Under the pieces are notes generated by a model, which made no database searches, was not told the DNA's origin, and worked only from the letters and a program-made list of their open reading frames with translations. A stretch of DNA of 64,000 nt from an uncultured Nitrospina sp. (GTDB lineage Bacteria > Nitrospinota > Nitrospinia > Nitrospinales > VA-1), in assembly GCA_913045445.1 (NCBI GenBank), contig CAJWQP010000003.1:6860-70859 (forward strand). Reading direction: 5' to 3'. Below are positions 58,440-64,000 of this stretch, piece after piece (the first letter of the stretch is position 1; each line of letters opens with the position of its first letter). The position numbers were made by a program, and so were the translations under genes.

Positions 58440-60548
58440 ATGAAACTCACCCAAGATACGATAATCAGGAATATCCGAAAAAAAACCAGCCGACCGATGA
58501 AGGTCTCGGAGCTGGCGCGGGCGCTCGCCATCAACGAGGTTCAGCGACGGGAATTTCGCAATCATATAAAAAAAATGGCAGCGGCGGGTACTCTGGTCCG
58601 TCTACGCGGGGGCCGCTATGGCCTTCCTGATGAAATGAATCTGATAACGGGCATCCTTCATGGGCACCCCAATGGTTACGGATTTCTAGTGCCAGACAAT
58701 GGGGAACAGGAAGGCGACATATACATCAGCCCGAAAAACACTTCAGGAGCCATGCATAAGGATAAGGTCGTTGCCCGCATCGAATCACAAGGCGGATCAG
58801 GACGCCCCGAAGGAAGAATCATACGTATTCTGGAGCGATCAACAACCTCGCTGGTCGGACTGTTCGAACCGCTCGACCAGGACGGTTGGATCATCCCGAT
58901 GGACGATAAATACTTCCACGATATTTTTGTCTCTGGGAAAAATAAACTCGGCGCTAAAAACGGACAGGTGGTCGTGGTCGAAATTATTTCCTACCCGGAG
59001 AAACATCAGCCCCCCATTGGCAAAGTGGTAGAAGTTCTCGGGTACTCCAACGACCCACAAGTGGAATTAAATTCCATCTTCCGCAAGTTCGACATACGCA
59101 CTGACTTCCCGCTTAAAGTCCTGGAGCAAGCTAAAAAAGCAACCGCACGTTTAAATGAAAATGATAAGAAAAACAGGCGCGACCTGACAGACTGGACAAT
59201 TTTCACCATTGATGGGGAAACGGCGAAGGATTTTGACGATGCGGTCTCGTTACAAGTAACAGACGAAGGATTCAGGCTGGGTGTTCACATCGCAGATGTG
59301 AGTCACCATATAAGGAAAAACTCCGCTCTCGATAAGGAAGCGCTCGAACGTGGAACGAGTATTTATTTTCCAAACGGGGTCATCCCCATGCTCCCTTTCG
59401 AGTTATCCAATGACATTTGCAGTCTTAAACCAAACGTAAAGAGATTGACATTAACTGCGCTTCTCGATTTCGACCGTAAAGGGAACATGGTCAAGTCTGA
59501 GTTCTTCGACTCCGTTATTAAAAGTTGTACCCGTCTCACCTACACTGAAGTGGCTCAGCTTCTCGAAAAAGGAGACACCGAGAAGAAACACAGCGAAGTC
59601 ATAGATGTCTTAAAAAACATGCATCGGCTCAGCAGAATCCTGCGCAAGCAAAGATTTAAAAACGGCAGTGTCGATTTCCAGGTCCCGGAACTGGAAGTTC
59701 ACATCAACACCGAGGGCGAGGTAGAAAAAATAATCAAGGCCCCACACAACGAAGCGCATGAATTGATCGAAGAATTCATGCTGTCAGCAAATCAGGCGGT
59801 AGCTCGCTACCTGTTTGAACAAAAAACCCCTTCCATCCACCGTATTCATGAGTCACCCGACGCAAGGAAAATCGTGGAGTTCCAGGATTTCGTTGCTGGC
59901 TTCGGCCTGCACCTGCGTTCCCCCGGAGATATTCAATCGACCGACCTGCAAAACCTCCTGAAGAAAGTTCGCGGTAAGCCCGAAGAACGGGTGGTCAACA
60001 CCCTGCTACTAAGGACCATGAAGCGAGCGCAATATTCGCAAAAAGACCCAGGTCATTACTGCCTGGGATTCGAGCATTACACCCATTTCACATCGCCGAT
60101 CAGGCGCTATCCCGATCTGGTCACACACCGGTTACTCAAAGCCAGCCTGACACAAAAATTTTCCGGACATGAGAAGAAGCGTCTCGCAGAGGAAATGACA
60201 GAAATCGCAGAGCACTCCACCCTGAGGGAAGGAAGGGCCACAGAAGTCGAACGGGAAATAAACGACCTGCGACGCGCCCAGTATATGACCGACAAAATCG
60301 GAAAGTCATTTACCGGAACTATTGTCGGCGTCACCCCGTTCGGATTTTTCGTTGAACTGATTGAAGTATTTGTTGAAGGACTGGTGCATGTATCCAGCCT
60401 CACCGACGATTATTATATTCACATCGAACCGGAACATAAGTGGCGCGGTCAGCGAAGGCATAAAGTTTATAAAATAGGAGACCGCGTCAGAGTAAAAGTC
60501 GCAAAGGTTGATCTTGTTTTGCGCAGGATTGATCTGAGTTTGGTGTGA
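58440..60548 (+). CDS. rnr: Ribonuclease R
   Basis: N-terminal HTH and cold-shock domains, RNB catalytic domain (TIDGETAKDFDDAVS, HFTSPIRRYPDL) and a C-terminal S1 domain. Confidence 0.93.
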   Translation: MKLTQDTIIRNIRKKTSRPMKVSELARALAINEVQRREFRNHIKKMAAAGTLVRLRGGRYGLPDEMNLITGILHGHPNGYGFLVPDNGEQEGDIYISPKNTSGAMHKDKVVARIESQGGSGRPEGRIIRILERSTTSLVGLFEPLDQDGWIIPMDDKYFHDIFVSGKNKLGAKNGQVVVVEIISYPEKHQPPIGKVVEVLGYSNDPQVELNSIFRKFDIRTDFPLKVLEQAKKATARLNENDKKNRRDLTDWTIFTIDGETAKDFDDAVSLQVTDEGFRLGVHIADVSHHIRKNSALDKEALERGTSIYFPNGVIPMLPFELSNDICSLKPNVKRLTLTALLDFDRKGNMVKSEFFDSVIKSCTRLTYTEVAQLLEKGDTEKKHSEVIDVLKNMHRLSRILRKQRFKNGSVDFQVPELEVHINTEGEVEKIIKAPHNEAHELIEEFMLSANQAVARYLFEQKTPSIHRIHESPDARKIVEFQDFVAGFGLHLRSPGDIQSTDLQNLLKKVRGKPEERVVNTLLLRTMKRAQYSQKDPGHYCLGFEHYTHFTSPIRRYPDLVTHRLLKASLTQKFSGHEKKRLAEEMTEIAEHSTLREGRATEVEREINDLRRAQYMTDKIGKSFTGTIVGVTPFGFFVELIEVFVEGLVHVSSLTDDYYIHIEPEHKWRGQRRHKVYKIGDRVRVKVAKVDLVLRRIDLSLV

Positions 60549-60888
60549 ATTACAAGGGGAGGGGTAAAGCACTTCTCTCTTACTCCCGCTGTGCGAATTC
60601 AAAATCAATCGATAGCGTTTTCAGAGTATCATGCATCAACTTTAATTCCTTCTCACATTTACACACACGATGGTAAATCCCGGCAACGTAGAACGGTAGA
60701 AAAAAGAGCAGGATCGCCGCGAAGACAGCTATAAAAACCCAAAAGGTAGGCTGGACGGGCCTTCAAGGTTGCGGCCCTTGAAAATAGCACTTATACAAAG
60801 GTCTCCTTTTCAGGTTGTGGTTTGCCACTAAATTTGCTATAAATTTTCTTTCCCCTGTAAACGTTTACTAAAGAGGTAACTGAAGATC

Positions 60889-61113
60889 ATGGCAACTTTA
60901 GAACAATTGAGCACATTCATAACAAAAGCGAAAACCGAATCTGCTGAAGCGGCAAAAAAATCTGAAGGCCAGAAAAGCGAGCCTGACGCACGAAAGAAAC
61001 TGAAAAAAGTAAAACGCCTGCAACGCAAAGTGACAAAATTAACGGCTACGGCAAAAATGGCCGAAGAAAAGAAAAAACCAAAAAAAGAACGTAAGTCAGC
61101 GGCGGCAGAATAA
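60889..61113 (+). CDS. Possible small lysine-rich protein
   Basis: 74-aa ORF with AAGAGG about 12 nt upstream of the ATG and a highly basic low-complexity sequence. It lies 35 nt upstream of gatC. Coding status is uncertain. Confidence 0.35.
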   Translation: MATLEQLSTFITKAKTESAEAAKKSEGQKSEPDARKKLKKVKRLQRKVTKLTATAKMAEEKKKPKKERKSAAAE

Positions 61114-61148
61114 AAACTCTTTCCTGAATCCTTCTCTTCGTCATTCCA

Positions 61149-61433
61149 ATGTCCGGGAAAATCGACATCGACAAAATAGCCCAACTCGCTCGTCTCAAGC
61201 TCACCGATGCGGAAAGTGATCGGCTGGGTGGGCATTTGGAGCAGATTATCGATTACATAGACCAGCTTAATCAATTAGACACATCAAGTGTGGAACCAAC
61301 GTCCCATGTTCTTCCCATCCACAACGTTTTTCGTGAAGATAAAGCTGTCAAGTTCGCCGATGATGATGTGGATTATCTGGCTGGATCGCCCGCGAACAAC
61401 CAGGGCCATTATGAAGTTCCCAAGATTATCTGA
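61149..61433 (+). CDS. gatC: Asp/Glu-tRNA(Asn/Gln) amidotransferase subunit C
   Basis: 94 aa. [13 protein letters not shown]....[13 protein letters not shown] motif. Confidence 0.9.
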   Translation: MSGKIDIDKIAQLARLKLTDAESDRLGGHLEQIIDYIDQLNQLDTSSVEPTSHVLPIHNVFREDKAVKFADDDVDYLAGSPANNQGHYEVPKII

Positions 61434-61441
61434 TCCGGCCT

Positions 61442-62896
61442 ATGCATAGCAAAACAATCCTTCAGGCAAAAGAAGATCTCCGGCAAAAAAAGTATTCTGC
61501 TGTTGAACTGACAGAGGCGGTCTATCAACGCATCGATAGCGTTGAGCCGAAAGTTCAGGCCTTCGTCCACCTGACCCGCGACATTGCACTGAAACAGGCA
61601 CAGACAGCCGACCAGAAACTGGCGGCGGGAGAGGACGCGCCTCTCCTTGGCATTCCCATCGCATTGAAAGACCTCATCTGCACACAGGGCACACGCACCA
61701 CTTGTTCGTCTCAAATTCTCGATCAATTCGTTGCCCCTTACGATGCCACTGTGGCGGGTCAACTGAAATCAGCTGGCGCGGTGATCGTGGGCAAAACCAA
61801 TATGGATGAATTCGCCATGGGCTCTTCGACGGAAAACGCCTGGCATCACCCAACGATGAACCCGTGGAACCTCGAACGCGTTCCCGGTGGGTCCAGCGGT
61901 GGATCTGCGGCGGCGGTTTCTGCGCACGAATGTCTCGCGGCATTGGGAAGCGATACCGGAGGCTCCATCCGCCAACCCGCAAACTTCTGCGGTGTGACCG
62001 GACTGAAACCCACCTACGGCAGAGTGTCGCGTTTCGGACTCGTTGCGTTCGCATCGTCATTGGATCAAATTGGTCCCATGACAAAAACAGTTGCCGACTC
62101 TGCCCTGCTGATGAATGTGATTGGCGGGAAGGACCCGCGCGATTCAACTTCCGCTGATGTAGCACGACCCGATTTCATGAAAGCCCTGGAACGGGATGTG
62201 TCTGGACTGAGGATGGGCATCCCAAAAGAATATTTCACATCTGGTATCGATCCGGAAGTTGAACGCTCGGTGCAGGAAGGGATTAAAACTCTGGAGTCGC
62301 TTGGCATGAAAAAAGTAGAAGTTTCATTGCCACATCTGCAATACGCAGTAGCAACGTATTACATCATCGCCTGTGCCGAAGCGAGTACAAACCTGTCGCG
62401 ATACGACGGCGTGAAGTATGGCCATCGTTCACAGAAAACGGACAACCTGCTGGAGATGTATATGAACACCCGCGAAGAAGGGTTCGGCGAAGAGGTAAAA
62501 CGCCGCATCATGCTGGGAACCTTTGTTCTCAGTTCAGGATATTATGACGCCTATTACCTGAAGGGGCAGAAAGTCCGCACACTCATCAAGCAGGATTTCG
62601 AAAACGCTTTCGAGCATTGCGATGTTATCGTCGCGCCCAACGCGCCGGTGACCGCGTTCAAACAGAAAGAACGCATAGACGATCCGCTTAAAATGTATCT
62701 ATCTGATATTTACACAATCTCAGCGAATCTCGCTGGCATTCCAGGAATTTCAATCCCTGCGGGAATTTCCAGGACAGACGGAATGCCAGTAGGCCTTCAA
62801 CTGATGAGCAAACATTTCGATGAAGAAAGCCTCATCGCCGTAGGCCACCGCTTCCAGCAAAACACCGACCACCACCTGCAGCAGCCTTCGCTGTAA
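61442..62896 (+). CDS. gatA: Asp/Glu-tRNA(Asn/Gln) amidotransferase subunit A
   Basis: Amidase signature [11 protein letters not shown] and KDLICTQG....SS.IL. 484 aa. Confidence 0.93.
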   Translation: MHSKTILQAKEDLRQKKYSAVELTEAVYQRIDSVEPKVQAFVHLTRDIALKQAQTADQKLAAGEDAPLLGIPIALKDLICTQGTRTTCSSQILDQFVAPYDATVAGQLKSAGAVIVGKTNMDEFAMGSSTENAWHHPTMNPWNLERVPGGSSGGSAAAVSAHECLAALGSDTGGSIRQPANFCGVTGLKPTYGRVSRFGLVAFASSLDQIGPMTKTVADSALLMNVIGGKDPRDSTSADVARPDFMKALERDVSGLRMGIPKEYFTSGIDPEVERSVQEGIKTLESLGMKKVEVSLPHLQYAVATYYIIACAEASTNLSRYDGVKYGHRSQKTDNLLEMYMNTREEGFGEEVKRRIMLGTFVLSSGYYDAYYLKGQKVRTLIKQDFENAFEHCDVIVAPNAPVTAFKQKERIDDPLKMYLSDIYTISANLAGIPGISIPAGISRTDGMPVGLQLMSKHFDEESLIAVGHRFQQNTDHHLQQPSL

Positions 62897-63197
62897 AACC
62901 AAAATCTTTGTAAAACGGTATACTATTGAGAAAATGAATTGGGGTTATAAAGCAGTGTGAAGTTTCTTCCGATGAGGGGAGTGTATGTAGATAAACGCGC
63001 TTTCCAGGGAGGGGACTTGTGAAAACTATCTCAGATAATTTAATCTCAATCGTATTTGCGATGCTGTTCGTTGGAATGGTTGCGGCATTGCTTGCGAACC
63101 CACATCACGATCCACTGGGCACCGATATCAGCCGCCAACTGAAGGAGATGGGAAAAGCCCCCCATCCTGAAACCAGACAACTTAAAAGTTTCTCACG

Positions 63198-63603
63198 CGG
63201 ACCGAAGCAAACCATAAGCCGGGTTTTGTTCTCCCCTGATGGACGAATCCAGCAAGGAAGAGGTGATCATCAATCTAGGCCTGCCGTTGCCGACAGGCTC
63301 AAGCAATCAACCCGAAAGTTTCGGGCGAGCCACCCTCAAACACTTTCCTATTTGATCTTGCTCCGGATAGGGTTTGCCAAGCTACCACCGTCACCGATGG
63401 TACTGGTGAGCTCTTACCTCACCTTTTCACCATTGCCGCCGCTAAAAGTTTGCACTTCCACCGGGTGGGCCGTTTCTTTTCTGTTGCACTTTCCTTGAGG
63501 TCACCCCCACTCCGCGTTACGGAGTATCCTGCTCTGTGGAGCCCGGACTTTCCTCTCTCCCGACCTGAAGCCGAGACAGCGATCACCCGGTTTACTTCGG
63601 AAC
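63198..63603 (-). ncRNA. rnpB: RNase P RNA, bacterial type A
   Basis: The reverse complement contains GAGGAAAGUCCGGGCUCCACAG, GUGCAACAGAAA, GGUAAGAGCUCACCAG, CCGGAGCAAGAUCAAAUAGG, GCUUGAGCC...GCCUAGAU and ACAAAACCCGGCUUAU. The P1 helix is CCGAAGUAAACC (63600-63589) paired with GGUUUGCUUCGG (63213-63202). The ends are good to about 5 nt. Confidence 0.92.
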
Positions 63604-64000
63604 CGCAGTTTCTGATGTTTCTTCCCAGTAAAGAATACGCGAACACTGCTCACATTGATTAATGGTCTCGCCCATCTTAACGTCTATCACCTGCTGGGGA
63701 AGGATTTGCGAATGGCATCCCTGACAGATATTTTCTTTTATGGTCACCACGGCAAGACTGTCGCGAGCTTTAAAAACTTTATTGTATTGTCCTAGTAGCT
63801 TTTCCTCGATGCCACCGGCGGCGGCATGACGTCGTGCGCGAAGAACTTCCAGTTCTTCTTCCGTCCGCTTTGCTTCAGCTTCCTTTTTAGCTTTATAGGC
63901 GTTAAAGTTTTCTTCTTCCTCTTTACACTGGGCTTTAAAGGCGGGAATTCTTTTTTCCTTTTCCTCCAGTTCCTCCATCAATTCCAGCTCCTTATCCTCC
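63592..64000 (-). CDS. Coiled-coil C4 zinc-ribbon protein (COG1579-like), 5' end outside the window
   Basis: C-terminal CQGCH...CEQC zinc ribbon preceded by a charged coiled coil. The frame stays open to the window edge. Confidence 0.7.
   Translation of the reverse strand, partial: EDKELELMEELEEKEKRIPAFKAQCKEEEENFNAYKAKKEAEAKRTEEELEVLRARRHAAAGGIEEKLLGQYNKVFKARDSLAVVTIKENICQGCHSQILPQQVIDVKMGETINQCEQCSRILYWEETSETAVPK

Noticed and set aside
60759-60782. Two mutually exclusive hairpins (GGGCC...GGCCC and UUCAAGG...CCUUGAA) in the rnr-gatC spacer, considered as a riboswitch or attenuator
   Set aside because: The stems are short, no U-tract or adjacent start codon follows on either strand, and no known riboswitch motif is recognisable. 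The evidence is insufficient.
60837-61274. 145-aa minus-strand ORF overlapping the lysine-rich ORF and the gatC start
   Set aside because: It is antisense to the well-supported gatC 5' end. Its low-complexity Phe/Ser-rich sequence mirrors the Lys-rich frame.
63019-63498. 159-aa ORF with a good SD (GGGAGGGG) and a hydrophobic N-terminus
   Set aside because: From 63198 onward it is antisense to rnpB and stays open only because of that. A short real membrane peptide encoded by the first roughly 60 codons cannot be excluded, but the ORF has no stop before the RNA gene.

Overview
Window from a diderm bacterium (lpxD, lolCDE and a TolB-like propeller are present). GC is near 50 percent by eye. I cannot assign a taxon without a database search. 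Bases 1-14.1 kb hold a minus-strand complex I operon, nuoA to nuoM, followed directly by sfsA. nuoN is missing from its canonical position after nuoM. It sits alone on the plus strand at 29.5-31.0 kb and abuts a decayed TPR gene. Bases 14.1-38.4 kb look accessory. They contain an orphan 2-TM protein with a degenerate copy of its own 3' end beside it, a BatA-like/DUF4159 pair, and a PhnW-like aminotransferase with a coupled unknown gene. They also contain a 2671-aa exported TolB-propeller/TPR/pseudo-CHAT/TPR/CHAT protein, an FG-GAP/TerB/YjbQ operon, a lipoate ligase-like gene, an FGE-sulfatase protein with N-terminal heme-c motifs, and a 316-aa orphan. Bases 38.7-64 kb are housekeeping: recA-recX-pilD, an aldo/keto reductase, an ABC exporter, accA, an RI-type LRR protein, lpxD, lolCDE, lysS, ymdB-like, rny, 5-FCL, zapB/zapA, pheT, rnr, gatCA and a partial zinc-ribbon gene. 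Two RNA genes absent from the ORF track are supported by the sequence: a type-A RNase P RNA (about 63198-63603, minus) and a 6S-like RNA (about 55143-55330, minus) in the conserved zapA-ssrS-5FCL position. I saw no CRISPR array, tRNA, rRNA, transposase, integrase or reverse transcriptase. I did not recognise a classical multi-gene defence system. The best candidates for novelty are the giant tandem-CHAT protein, the orphan 2-TM protein with its 3'-end relic, and the split nuo operon. All functional calls rest on motif recognition by eye and need database and structure searches.
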